A stretch of DNA of 64,000 nt from Eledone cirrhosa. Lineage: Eukaryota. Shown here one piece after another: positions 24,091 through 38,084 of this stretch. The position numbers and the translations under genes were made by a program. The stretch covers positions 21,824,001 through 21,888,000 of the forward strand of contig OZ024743.1 in NCBI GenBank assembly GCA_964016885.1, in the 5' to 3' direction. The notes under the pieces were generated by a model, which saw only the letters and a program-made list of their open reading frames with translations, was not told the origin of the DNA and did no database searches. Within the stretch, counting starts at the first letter, position 1. Every line of letters begins with the position of its first letter.

Positions 24091-24786
24091 GAGAAAGAGA
24101 GAGAGGGAGAGAGAGACACACACACACATACATATATTCAAACACCTACACACATGTGCATGAACACATTTATGAATGTTTAATGTTAAGTAAGTTTCCT
24201 TCTTTATTCCTCCTTATCAGTTTTGTTTATGTCCCTGTTCTTAATTTCATATAATTCTTTTACTTCTAACAAAGCATATCAGTCTTACTCTGTTTATATT
24301 CTCTGGAGCTTTCTTTAGATATGTTGTTTATCATAATGTATTTTAACATAGATTACTTATGACACTGCATATACAAGTATATTGCAAACCAACTCTGTTT
24401 TGATTCAATTATGCACATCTACAGAACACACACATTTATATATATTTCAAACAGTTTTGTATTTATATTATAGTGTCTTCTTGAGTTAGTTTGTAATTTA
24501 CATTATTTGGCTCTATATAAGGTGGAGATATACAAACTTACATAATTTATTACTTTTCTCTATTCTTATCTCATTTATTACATACAGAATATATTATCTT
24601 AAAACCAATAATAATTTCTTCTTTCTCCACATTTATTTATATGGCACAGGCAACACTGTGTTAATAAGTTTACTTCACAATCCCATGATTCTACGTTTAA
24701 CCCCAATATATAACACTGTGCAAATATCTACTGACATAGCCTTGAGTCAACTATAGCCCAATGATTGATATTTGGTAGGTAGAAAC

Positions 24787-24838
24787 TGCATGCAAGCCTG
24801 TCAAATGTATATATATACATTTGACAGGCTTGCATGCA
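24787..24838. repeat. Perfect 52-bp palindrome centred on (TA)n
   Basis: tgcatgcaagcctgtcaaatgtatat|atatacatttgacaggcttgcatgca. Confidence 0.97.
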
Positions 24839-26127
24839 TTAGTGGCTTTATGCCAATGTAAAAATTCTGTACTTATTTACTTATTCTCTCTAAATCAAAG
24901 AACTAATTCTGTATTTTATGAATATGCTTTTTAGCCTTACAATTTCAACTGTTTAAATAAATATGGTTTCTAATATGAGTATTAGACCAGTCATTGCTTT
25001 TTTTTTTCTTAGCAATTCCAGTACTTAATTGGAACTTTATTTTAGTGACTTCAAAACGATGAAAGCAAAAAAGTTGACCTCAGTGGGATATACAATAAGA
25101 ATGTTAAGGGACATAATTAAATAAAGTATTTTGCCCAAATCGTTGATGTTTCAGCTAATATAACACAAACAAATATAAATAGATGAAAGATTACAAAGAA
25201 ATTTCCAGAAAAAATATAAAAATAAATGACAGCAGCAAACAATGCCATACAATGTTTATTGGGATCCCTTTACATTCTGAGTTCAAATCTTACAGGACTG
25301 ATTTTATCATTTGTCCTTACAGGATTAAATATCAGTCATATAATAGAGGAATGTTTTGTTTGTGTTTTATAGCAACAACCATAGCAGTAGTAGTTTTAAT
25401 TTTTTTTTTTTACAAAAATTATTAAAAAAAAATTTCAATTTATTTACAATCATTTAAAACCCTAATTATTCCCTTTAAGACACACCGAAATATAATTGTA
25501 AGGGATTCCTATCTTATCTAGAAACACTAATATAAGTTTACTGTACAAGAAACAGCTTTTAGACTAATTCTCTCTAAAATACACATTTGAATAAAACTTT
25601 GTGACATTGAACCTAAAGTTGATATTAGTATATAAGAAACCAAAGAGCAATGGTTTGTTTTCATTGTTCAAACCTTCCAAGGCTAATAAAATATATATCT
25701 AACAAATACTATAATAAAATATAATCTGCTATATGCCGTTTCCAAACTTTGTGGTTTTGTGTTTGTATGAAGATTCAATATATAACAAGCAGCCATTATA
25801 AATTATTTATAAATTATTCTATGTAAAAAAATAAATAAACAGAGAACAAAAAGAATAAATATTTTCATTTTTCATTATTATATCCTCATATATAATAATT
25901 ATCTAATGATATCTTTTTTTTTCCAATTTAAATTTATGTATTAAAATCTTGACAGTGAAAACAAAACGAAATAATACAAGATAATATTCATTCTTTATTC
26001 GAAAGGAAAAAGAAAATCATAATCAAAATAATTACATTTTTCATTATTATTTTCTTATATATAATAATTATTTAACGCTTTTCTTAGTTATTTTTCAGTT
26101 AAATTTATGTGTTAATAATCTTCATAA

Positions 26128-27847
26128 TCAGAGAGAGAATTGATCTAGATGAAATGCAGTTCGGGTTTGTGTCAGGTAAAAGTACCAACTACATGAGAAG
26201 TATCTAGCTAAAAGTAAACCCCTATACTTAGCTTTTGTCGACTTGGAGAAAGCCTTCGACAGAGTCCCCCGTTCCATTATCTGGTGGGCTCTTAGAAAAC
26301 TAGGTGTTGATGAATGGCTTGTGAAAGCTATACAAGCCATATGTAAAGAAACAGTCAGCAAGGTTAGAATTAACAACGAATATAGTGAAGAGTTTAGCGT
26401 AAAAGTTGGTGTTCATCAGGGCTCCGTTCTTAGCCCCCTATTTATTAATGCCCTTCAGGCTATAACAGTGGAGTTCAAAACCGGCTGCCCATGGGAACTC
26501 CTATACGCAGATGATCTAACGTTCATAGCTGAATCAATGGCTGAACTAGAGAAGAAATTCCAAACATGGAAGCATGGCCTAGAATCAAAAGGCCTTAAAA
26601 TTAACCTGGCTAAGACTAAAGTTCTAGTTTGTAGGAAGAAAAATAGGGCATTGGTCCCATCCGGGAAATGGCCATGCTCAGTGTGTAGGAAAGGAGTAAG
26701 TAGAAACTCCATTTTATGTCCCAAATGCAAAGTATGGGTGCATAAAAGATGTAGTGGGATCACAGGTAAGCTAACTAAGAACATAGATTTTATATGTGGC
26801 CGGTGCTCTGGTGCAATAAGTAGCAGCAAGTGCCCACAGAATACTAGCTCATTCCATTGCACAGATGGTTCTATAGGAATAGTGGACACCTTCCGTTACT
26901 TGGGTGACAAAATCAGCAGTGGTGGAGGGTGCTCTGAAAGTACAGTAGCTAGAGTCAGAGCTGGATGGAAAAAGTTCAGAGAGCTTATACCACTATTAGC
27001 TGCTAAAGAGTTCTCTCTAGAAATGAAAGGCAGGCTGTATGATGCCTGCATACGAACAGCAATGTTACATGGCAGTGAGACCTGGGCATTGTGTGCAGAG
27101 GATATACGCAGACTGGAGAGAACGAAGCTTGCATGCTCCGCTGGATGAGTAATAGTAATATACGTGAACGGCAAAGGATAAACAAACTAAGGGAAAAATT
27201 AGAAATAAGAGGGATCAGATGTTGTTTACTCGAGAGAAGACAACGTTGGTATGGTCACGTGATGCGCATGAAAGACGACAGCTGTATAACAAAGTGCAGG
27301 GTAATAAAAATAGACGGTAGCCACGGAGTAGGCAGACCCAGAAAAACCTGGGACGACTTGATAAATTCCGACCTCACACACTTACACCTCTCCAAGACAA
27401 TGTCACTGGACCGAGATCTTTGGCGCTACACAGTAATACAGAAGACCCGCCTTACCTAAGTACAAAGTGAAACCTACTACAGTCAGTAGGCACCTCTAAC
27501 AAAAATACACCCCCGTCCCACTACCCCCACCCCATCCACACCACCCCTTTCAATGTAAAGTTATGTTGGTACCACAACATCCAGTCCGAAACAAATGAGG
27601 TCGTGTAGGTGTCACGACAAAAAAACACACAGTCCACACTGTAATGCGGCCGTGTAGGTAACACGGTAAAAACCGCCCAGTCCACACTGTAAACGTGGTT
27701 GGTGTTAGGAAGGGCATCCAGCCATAGAAAACCCGCCAGACAGTCCTATATGAGCAAGACAACCACTCTTGCCTCAAGTGGGAAAACTCCCGTCCAAAAC
27801 CATGCAAGCGTGGAAAATGGACGTTAAACGATGATGATGATGATGAT
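26128..27847 (+). mobile_element. RTE-clade LINE, 5'-truncated, with 3' UTR and (GAT)n tail
   Basis: RT motifs, 3' UTR, end gacgttaaac-(gat)n; two more close copies in the window. Confidence 0.95.
26200..27459 (+). pseudogene. RTE reverse transcriptase C-terminal half with embedded PHD-type zinc finger; one frameshift near 27120
   Basis: [54 protein letters not shown]; C4HC3 pattern CSVC..CPKC..HKRC..CGRC at 26675-26806. Confidence 0.95.
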
Positions 27848-28241
27848 ATATATCTTATCACACCCTAATTTCAATTCAATTGAATGTTGACTCAAATATA
27901 AGTTGATCCAAATATATGCCAAACCCTATTTTAAGTACGAGAACTGGGCAAAAATCCAAACCCTGTTTATAAGCGGAGGCAGCTAATAAACATTGTTAAG
28001 ATGACATGGTTTTGAAATTCTCATAATTTATTTATGAAGTTTTAATATTTGAGGTTGTATAAGAGAACTTTGTATAGAGATTCACAGAGTTATAGAGGGA
28101 GGGAGGGACAGCAAGTGAGAGTGAGGAGAGACAGAGCAACAAAAAGAGAGGGTGAGCATTAAAAGGGAGAGGAAGTAAGAGATAACTGATGAATAGTGAA
28201 GAAGTTTTGATATTTTGATGTTTAAAATGTTTTCTTATGCA

Positions 28242-28286
<45 letters not shown>

Positions 28287-30961
28287 CATGTATAATGCCT
28301 TCACAAAATACAGCCAGATGAAGTCACTAAGCCAAAACTTAAAATTCATTCATACTTTTCTACCAAAATTGATTTCTACACTCTACCCACCAGTATTGAG
28401 TGTTCAATCGGTTAACACTTGACTGGTTTAATTACTACAGTCTTTTCTTTTCTTTAACACTGATATGTTTCCTTTTATTCATTAGCAATGAAATAACCAT
28501 AAAAAAATATTTTCCATAAGAAATTTTGATGTTACTATCTGAATGTTAACTCCTTAACTATTTAAATGTCAAGGAAATATCATGAGAATGATAATTTATA
28601 ATCATTTAAAAAACCTCTAACACAAGAATATACACCTACCCACTCTTACACACAGAGAATTTAAACTCTTTTCAATGTACTTTGAAATCTATAAAATGCA
28701 CTGAAGGTTAGACTTCAAAGAACACTGCATCAACACATGATAAGCTGTTTTAAAATAATCTCTGTAAGGAATCTTAAGTTTCTGTGTAGGCATTTGTATG
28801 TATACATACACAAAAACATGTAACCTTGAAAACAAATGCAACTAAATTGAATTAAATTGTACCCTTAAGATAAATGTTCAAAGAGAAGTAATGTTAATAT
28901 CCACCAAACCTCATATAGATTGTTAACTTTGTTCTTTAGCTCCGAATCAGCTCTTATCATACAAAACTATGATAAAAGGCATTTCAGATGTGACCATCTT
29001 GTCATTTTCCTATGCACAGTGCACTATAAAGCACACACCTTCTCTAATATGCCCTTCTTTTTAAAGATGGTTTGAATTGAGTATGTTGAGCAGCTATACA
29101 GAGGCTCCCTTTTGGGCTCAAAACTACAAGTGTAATTAGTGTAAATGTCTGCAAAACCCAGATGAAATGTACTGTAATTTAAATGTCTCCTCAGATTTCA
29201 GCAAATGTGTTATATTGATATTGTAAGCATTCCTCGATCTTTAATAAACTTTTCAAGAGAGAGTATTTATCTCTTACTTTCTTGCATTAAATGAATGAGA
29301 TGAGCTGAGCTACTCATTGGAAGTGATGTCAATCTGTCTAAACTAACATTCCAAGAAAGTTTGGTACCACCCATTCCTAATAGAACAGTGACAGGAGTGA
29401 ATTAAATATTAAGCAAAATAAGCTCATGCTTGTGGCATCAAGAGATAAGGTGTACTATTTTCTTCAACTTAAATGTATTTGTCATTAAAAAAAAATTTTT
29501 GCAGACTTTATAGAGGGGGGAGGCAGGTAATAATCTTTTATGTGTTTATAGTTTCAAAAAAACTTAATGCAGGCCTTGCAGTATTCTTCCCAAATTTACA
29601 AGTACATCAGCAGTGGTTTCAAATCAAGATCTTTGAGCTACAAATCCATTCTTTGTTTGTCAACTACTTTATTCAAACTATTTATAAGAAGAATAGTTAA
29701 GTTAGTAAACCACACTATATGGAAAAATTATTTAAACCATTTAAAAAACACACAAATATTGTTTATTTTACTTTATATATATCATCTATTTCTTGATGTC
29801 AAAATTTACACTGTAATACCTGCGAATTAGTCACAAATAAATGATAAATAAAGAGAAAAAGTTAATGTTTGTGTTTTTAAATGACTAAAATGATTCTTTT
29901 TCACATTAATTGTTTTAGTTTCAACACACAGTCTCAGACCAAGTCATTTGCTAAACATGTACAACTCTGACAATTTATGTTAGTGTTAGCTTTCTAATGT
30001 TCCCTGCATTAAATATGTTAAATAGAAACAATTATGCAGTTAGGAAAAAGCAGTATTCATAAACAACTAATGCCATTTTAATCATTTTAGCAAGCACGGC
30101 AGGCAATTTCAGACACATTTTGCTTTTATTATAATTTCATTGTATTTGCCAAAATAGAAATTCACTAAATAAATAAATGTAGAAGATTGTACACTGGTTG
30201 GAGAAGAAAGTTAAAATTGATCAGAAATCTAAGACCAGATTGTCAATATATGTATATGACAGAGATAGACAGATAGATAGATAGAGACAAGTAGACAGAC
30301 AGAGTTACAGACCAGTACTCAAACAAACAAACAAGAAGTGATCAACAGAGTATGAAGGCAAAGGGAGAATATTTTCCTTTTTTAAATGCAAAACATTAAT
30401 ATTTTGATTAAAACTGTTTAATTAAATATTAAAATTATAATACCTTTGATTTATCATCACTTAAAATATAATCTTAAATATTTTTATCGTAAAGGTTCAA
30501 TTAAACCTTAAAATTATATCGTTTGATATATTTAATTAAAATATTATCATAAATAATTCCATTATAAAACTCTAATTAAAAATTAAAAAAATATTTTTTT
30601 CTTACTAGTTTGTATTTAAATAGAATTATCAAAATAGAAAGAAAAAAGATCATTAAATGTGTTTTTCAAAATCAAATTTTAACTTGTAATCTAATTTAAA
30701 TATGTTCATATATATATATGTATTTTTTTATCTGTACTAACACTGAGCACTTTGTACACAAGACTTATAGGAGGTTGCATAAAATCAATAACAACAACAT
30801 ACAGATATACAAACTTAAATAGAAATACATTCAATACCAATTGATCTTGTTGGAATGTTATTCATTATATATGAGTGTGGATGGAAGGGGAAATGTTAAT
30901 GTGATATTAAAAAACTTTATATATACACATGTATATATATGTGTGTGTGTGTGTATGTATA

Positions 30962-30997
<36 letters not shown>

Positions 30998-31789
30998 AAT
31001 AAAGACAGCTAGAGAGAGAGCTGAGACCATGATCAGTCCTGTTTATCAATGATATTCCTGTCATGACCATCCATCCAGTTATTTTCACTCAGTTATATCT
31101 ATAGCACTACATTATCTGATGTGCACTTTCTTTTTAAGCTAGCAACCACATTGACTCTCATTGGGTGGGTAAGTGTGCATTTTAAAAGTTATTGAGAAAA
31201 TCACAACAAAGCAAGTTAGAAATAGGGAGAGCAAAAGAAAAACTGCTTTACACATTCAATATTTTGGACATACAAGCCCATAGTCATGAGGAAAGTAAGA
31301 TGCTCTGATGTACAATGTGGCTTTCTCAATCACTAATTCTATTTCACAATGCTTGAAATAAATAACATTACTCTAATAAATATAATATATATAAATGTAG
31401 ACATTATATCACCTGCAGCCTATACTTTGATGGTGTGAGAGTTTTATTTTTTATGGAATTTGTCTATCTACTTAATAGAGAAATGTGAATTACTATCACA
31501 TGATGTGAGTTGTGATCACACCATTTGTGTCTTTCATCTCTTTCCATACAACACCTTTCATGAAATGCACAATAGTATATGCTCTTGTGCAATCATTCTG
31601 ATGTGTTGTCAAATGAAATACAATACTTATTTAGAGGATTGCTGTTGCTTTTCTATCTTTGACATTTTTTTGAATTCACATATTTCCAATAGACTATAAT
31701 CATCATCATACACTGGCATATATGAAAGAAGTCTAATAATACACAACTATGTCTCTTGATCATTTCGCCTGTGTGTGTGTGTAATAGTC

Positions 31790-32900
31790 CAAAGCAAAGA
31801 GAAATGATGGCTGCCGTACAAGAATATTGCACATGACACTCATGAGACTCACGAGCAGATAGTTATATCCACAGTTTCCACTAGTTATGGAAAAATTAAG
31901 GCTGAGGAGAATGAAAGTTTTAGGTAACTCTGGTCATCAGCATAAGGAGATCTTGTTCAGTGGGAACTATCAGATGGATTAACAAACAGGGGTGGAAGGA
32001 ATAGAAATTACATTGATAGTCTATTGGAACATACCAGAGTGGATAGTGTTGGAAAACTCAAAATGTTGATGATGGATAGAAAATTTTGTAGAGCAAGTGT
32101 AAAGACAGATAGGTGACCTGGAAATTGGTGTAGATCGATAGAACAGTCTAAAATGAAAGGAAGAGTAAGCAATGATTATGGAGATTTTAGACCCATACTC
32201 CACTCAGGCTGAAGAGGTCAATGCAGTTGTTGTTCAGCTTCAACACTTGCATGTTTATATCTATAGCAAGGAGTACTAGATTGCAGCAAATTTTAGGAAA
32301 ATAAAAGCTTGGAAGGACGCGTTTTAGTTGGCTGTGAAATGGTGAATGTCATAGAAGAGGACAAGCAGTGTCAATGACAATAAAGTGAGCTCAGATAGCA
32401 GAGGTACATAGATTGCAGGTTTTGAAATACCAAAATTATTGTAGTGGAGAACGAAGAGAGAGAACAGAAAGTGTGCCAATCTGTTCATTTTTTCCAGTGT
32501 ATTCAGGAATATTTGCTCATGTATCAAGCCTCGGTCCCAGATATATGAGCAGTATTCTAAAGTAGAGCACATTTGTATCTTTGTAGAGAGGCAGTACCTG
32601 TTCAGTGCTGAAATAAATATTGACTCTGAAGAGACACCTCAGTCATTGGAACAAAATTTTAGCTATATTGTATGTGGTCACCATAAGAAATCATCAGAGA
32701 TTGTGACACTCAGCAATTGTAGCAAAATTGTGATAGATTTTAGTTATAAGCTAACCATGAGTAAAGAGAATGTAGTGCCATCTACCTTCTATCATCAACT
32801 CATAACAATTCATTCAGCATACTTCATATGTAAATATGAGACCATAACCAATAAATATCTCCTTGTCAAATAAATCTAACATTTACTGTCTCTTTGATGT
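31790..32900 (-). mobile_element. Old CR1/L2/Jockey-group LINE relic
   Basis: Peptide STLEYCSYIW matches the conserved RPxLEYCSxIW post-RT motif; remainder heavily decayed; boundaries approximate. Confidence 0.6.
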
Positions 32901-35900
32901 TAGTACACTTTCTTAACTCACATTCAAATCTTCTCATATGAGTGATGGGAATATCAATTCAAATATTTGTTATTGTTGTTTTTTTAGGTGACTTTTTCTT
33001 TCATTTTGTTTTTTTTTTTAAAAACAAGAGAAACTATATCTTAATGGTGAAAATAAAGTATAATTTAAAAAAATCTTTTGCTATTATATTTGATGAAAGA
33101 CACCACCTATAATTTTCAAATCATTTTTAAAATAGTCAAGAACTTGGAGGAATTTAGTAAAATAACTTATTTTCTTATTATCAAGCTGGGGTTTATAGCA
33201 GAGATTAAAGGTTCTTTATGATGGAAAGTTTTTAGATAAATTTAAATACTTTGAAATAAATGGCTTTGTGACAACCAGAGGTAGTTTAAAGCAGTTTACT
33301 ATGCTCAAACTGAATTTTTTTTCTAATGAATAAAAATTTAATGAATATTTTAAAAAATACAATTTTTTATTGAATTACAATTTTTGTTTCAATTCTTTTC
33401 AGCCCCCCCCCCCCCTCATTATTAGCAAATTCAGTTTATAAAAATATTTCAGTTTTATCTGAAGGGAGCATTTTAAATGAAAGAAAATTGAAAAAGGAAT
33501 ACTTTTAATCAGAATTAAATGGGTGAATTTGCATATCCAACGGAACATTAACATCCCCAAATTATGAAATAGTCTTCTAAACCTTTCGGCATTTTACAGG
33601 AGGGTGTCAACTTAATCTGAGCCATCAATAACTGATAATAGCTTCTCTTTTGCAGCCATTTATCTCTTTATAGTCCCTTAAGTTTTATAAATACACATAT
33701 CTCACATAAAAACAGAGATCTAATAAATTCTTAAAGACTCAAGAAATATCTTTATAAGACTCAAGAAATATCTTTATAAGAGTTAAGGATTATCATATCT
33801 TGAGCCATGATGATATGAATATTTATCCTCTTTGAGACTCATTTTGATATTTTTGTCACAGAAATTCCCAACGTCCTTTGAGCTGTATTGTACACCAACA
33901 GCTAGTGTATATTTACACCTAATTACTGCTGTGTTAATTTATCAAACTGGATGCACCTTTAATGATATTACATTTTGTCGGCTAAGACAGGTACCTATGT
34001 TTTCAGCTTTTTGTTTCTGGACCAAAATAAGCTAATGTCCAAATGTCTATCAACACAACAAGCAGTCAACAAAATAAACAGAACTTTCAACGTAACTGAT
34101 GTTTATATGTTTATTTGGACAGACTGGTAGATAAATATATGGTTTTATCTGTAAATCATGAATCTGTTCTAATCCTACTTTTTGTGAGTGTTTCCTTTCA
34201 GTGCCCATGACGATATCTGTCTGTTTGTATGTCTGCCCGGCTGCCTGCCAGCCTATCTATCTATCTAGTCGATCGACAAGATCCCAGACCTCATTTGCTT
34301 CACAAGTGGGGTGGAGCTGGTCAAATCGGACAGCGGAAACAATGTTTCCATTGGTCTTTCCAAATGCTAGTACTGTCAGTTGCAAATCCAGACAGAAGGA
34401 AACATCTATCTATCTATCTACAGTATATATATATATATACACATATGTATATATGTATTATTGTGTTAAAGGCCCCATGACAACCTCTCTATTGTTAGTG
34501 ATTTACATGATATATGTACTCAGTACACTCTGTAATGTGGTTGGTGACAGAAAAAACATCCAGCTGTAGAAAACCTGCCACACAAATGGTCAGGAAGACT
34601 CAACAACAGTGCCAAAACATGACAACATCTCTCATGCTGGTGCTATAATAAAATTTACTAAGTTGTACATAGGAAAATTTTCTAAATGGGATGGAGGACT
34701 TTGAACTGCTCAAGCACCTGGTAGAGTGCAGGAATGTAGGTAAGTAAGATGTAGGCCCTAGAGTACTGACTCGGTCTGTGACACCTGTCCAACTCTTGCT
34801 AACAGGGAAAATAGACATTAACTGATGATGATGATATGTAAGCTATGCAAATTTAAACAGAAGGGTCAGGGTTAAGCATGTTCAACAAATGAACAGCTAA
34901 TTTGTGGTTTGGTAAACAGTCACCACCAAAACTAAACTTTTAACCAATCTGCTTAACAGCACCCTTGATGTCTTTGATGACTGAACATTGCTTTCCTCTT
35001 CCAACACACCCCACTATCATCACTGAGACATTCCTACTTTCATGTTACCCTCAGAAAACTCCCTACAGAATGGAAGCAACTGGCTCTAGTTATATGAACC
35101 AAAATCACCCATGTTAAAGGATTCCTATTTATATTAAAGTCCTCCAACATAACTTTATGTAAGAACCATATAAGTTGCTATATTAGTAATAAAATAATCA
35201 AAAAATTTTGTAAATATCTTAAAATCACTAATTAATAGAATGAGTGAATTTCATTTGAAATATGGCTATGAAAGAGTTATATTAGCTATGTGAACTTCTT
35301 GGTAGTTAAATCATTCGATATTGTCTTGAAAACTAGCCTTAGAGGTTAGATGACATGGTTAGCTCAAGAACTACTGTGAATGACAAATGGCAAGACACTA
35401 GTTCAACTCATGCAATTATAGAAACACAGATGTAAAATAATATTAGTGATCAGGATAAATGTAGATATTTGCTTTGTATGACTATTTCAAACTTTATTTA
35501 AGTTCATGACTTACCTATTTTCTCAAAGCAGCAATTAGTCAAAAGAAAAAACAAAAACAAAAACACACAAACAAACCAAATGGTTTGTTGAATGTGAGGG
35601 TTGAGATGTGGGGTTGGTGAAGTAGGAATTCTCAGTTAATTGTTTAACGAGTAGGAAAGATTGTTATGAAAAAGATGGCCAAAACCAGCAGGAATTCTTT
35701 CATGATCATTTGCTCAGCTGAGAAGGAAATAGTCACAACTCACACAGTCTTATGAATGTTGGCAACATTTACATTGGTACGATTTTCTAATTATGTTCCC
35801 TTTGTTCTCTATCTAGACAAACCAGAGTAGATGTCACAAACAGTTGTAGATCCTATTTACTACTACAACAGCATTACTACAGCATGGCCATAGCCAAGAG

Positions 35901-37737
35901 GCTGGAATAAATAGCATAAAAATACTAGACTATTTTCGACATTATTCTTTTCCTTTTCACCCACACATCTCTCTCTCTCTCTCTCTTCCACACACAAACA
36001 CATGCAAGCTCTTTTATTCTAAAGTTTACTAGATTTGCATGATACTTTGACAGCAATTAATTATGATGCTTTTGTTGTTTCTCAAGTCTTTATAAAAATC
36101 TAATTAATTGCACAAATTAAATTAAATTTTGGGGGGATTAATGCAGGAGTGTCTAAAGATTACATACTCAAATTTTTGTTCTGTCTTATATAAGTTATTA
36201 GCTTTCCCGCTTACTTCTAAAAAAAAACAAAGTTAAGCTAATGATAGAAACACTAAATGGTTACTCAGCCTACAAGAAATAGTAGCAAAGTTTCTCTTAA
36301 ATAACATATTAGCATTTTAAAAAGAGAAGGATACATTGGATAATATAATCTTCATGCACACTGCCAGTAAAAAGTTAATTTAAGTCACATTTAATGCTAT
36401 GTCTTCACAAATTCATATCTGCTACCAAATCACCTGAAGCTCTCCACTGGTTCTATGATGCAAAGTTGTTTCTTTTAGTGGTTACATTTATCTAAAATAC
36501 TTCCATTATAAATTTTGAAACTATGTTCCAAACATCAGCTTAAAATTAATAAAATTAGCTATATTACTATATTCCTACAAATTCCTCATTATTTTCAAAA
36601 TTAATTAGAAATATGATAATGAAAGGGTTAAGACCTTATATATTTAACTTTGGAATAATGAATATTTGAGTCCTGCATGAAAGGAAGGTTACTGCATTTA
36701 ATCTGAGTCCAATCACAATGAAAATACCACACCTAATGATGAACCAGTGATTGTCAGAATAGATCAATATAGTCTGATCTCTGCTGATCCAAGTTTTTTT
36801 AACTCACTAAAGATAATATGTGGGGCCTTTCCATAGAAACATTTCTTGATACTCTGTTTTGTACCTATGTTGTTGTACATACATAAATGGGGAATCAGGT
36901 TTAGAAAATGTAGCATTTTATTTAAGGAATCTACTGCCTCATATAATGAATTTTTTACAAACCCACACATGAAAGAACAGGGAGGGGGAAGTTACTGACT
37001 CCATTAACCTTGAAGAATGGTCGTCTAACCCATGCTAGTGTAGAAAAAATAGACATCAAATGGGGATAATGATGATGATGAATGAAAGAAATTCAACTCT
37101 GGTGCAATTTGAACTCACTCAATGTAAAGAAATGTAATGAAATGCTACAAGTCCATAACTCCATTGATTCTGTCATTCCTATTAGACTAGAACTTGTTTA
37201 CCATTCAGGAATATACTATAGCTATAGGAGTAAATTTTAAACATAAGTAAATACAAGTTCTGCCTGTGACATTCAGGGACATATAACTATAGTAGTAAAT
37301 TTTGAACACAAGATCATGTGGTTAGTAGCCTAGTATCATAAATCTAACAGCCACATTGCCTCTGTCTCTATGACATGTTCATGCAAGTAACACACTCAAT
37401 AAACATGTCTATGCCTTGCAGATCATACAAAACTCATTTTTCTTTGTCCGTATTTCACTGTCATATAGTATTACAGTTCACTTTGACAAATGCTTTGTGC
37501 TGCTACACATACATTGAGGTTATATATACAAGTATACAACAATACATATATAAATCAACACACATATATATACATATTTATATATATATTGATTATTCTT
37601 AATGCTTTCAGTTAGACTTACTGTAGTAAATGACCTGATGAAATCTCAGGGAGTTTTGAAGTAAAATAATGTATGACATACATATACAAATATTTAGGCT
37701 GAAAATAGAAAGAATCCTATTGTCATAACTGAAGGTA

Positions 37738-38084
37738 TCATCATCATCATCATCATTTCATTTTATGTCCACTTTTCCCTGCTTGCAAGGGTGGGACGGG
37801 AACTGATTCTGGCTTGATTTCTACAGCTGGATGCCCTTCCTAACACCAACCTCATTTACAGTGAGTGCTGGGTGCTTTTTTTGTCGTGGCACCTCCACGA
37901 CCACTTTACAGTGGAATGATAGGGATCCCAGTCCCTATCATCTCATTTCTACAGCTGAGTAAACTGGAGCAACGTGAAATAAAGTGTCTTGCTCAAGGAA
38001 ACAACACATCACCCGGTCTGAGAATTGAACTCACGACCTTTCGATTGCAAGGCCAATGCTCTAACCACTAAGCCATGTGCCTCC
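37738..38084 (-). mobile_element. tRNA-derived SINE, family B, full length, with RTE-derived tail
   Basis: Head GGAGGCACATGGCTTAGTGGTTAGAGC (A box), GAGTTCAATTC (B box), core ccttgagcaagacacttt, tail ggttggtgttaggaagggcatccagc shared with the RTE 3' UTR, (GAT)n end. Confidence 0.9.

Noticed and set aside
33734-33781. Short direct duplications (22 bp here; 19 bp near 18818; ~170-bp period at 25860-26125)
   Set aside because: Ordinary slippage-type tandem duplications with no sign of function
33862-33990. 129-nt open candidate exon on the plus strand
   Set aside because: Weak donor (gtacct), unrecognised peptide, no supporting neighbouring exons
37628-37680. Possible hammerheads at isolated CTGATGA-like sites (also ~20160, ~23185, ~45407, ~58895)
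   Set aside because: No convincing GAAA half or helix pairing; a 7-mer match is expected by chance
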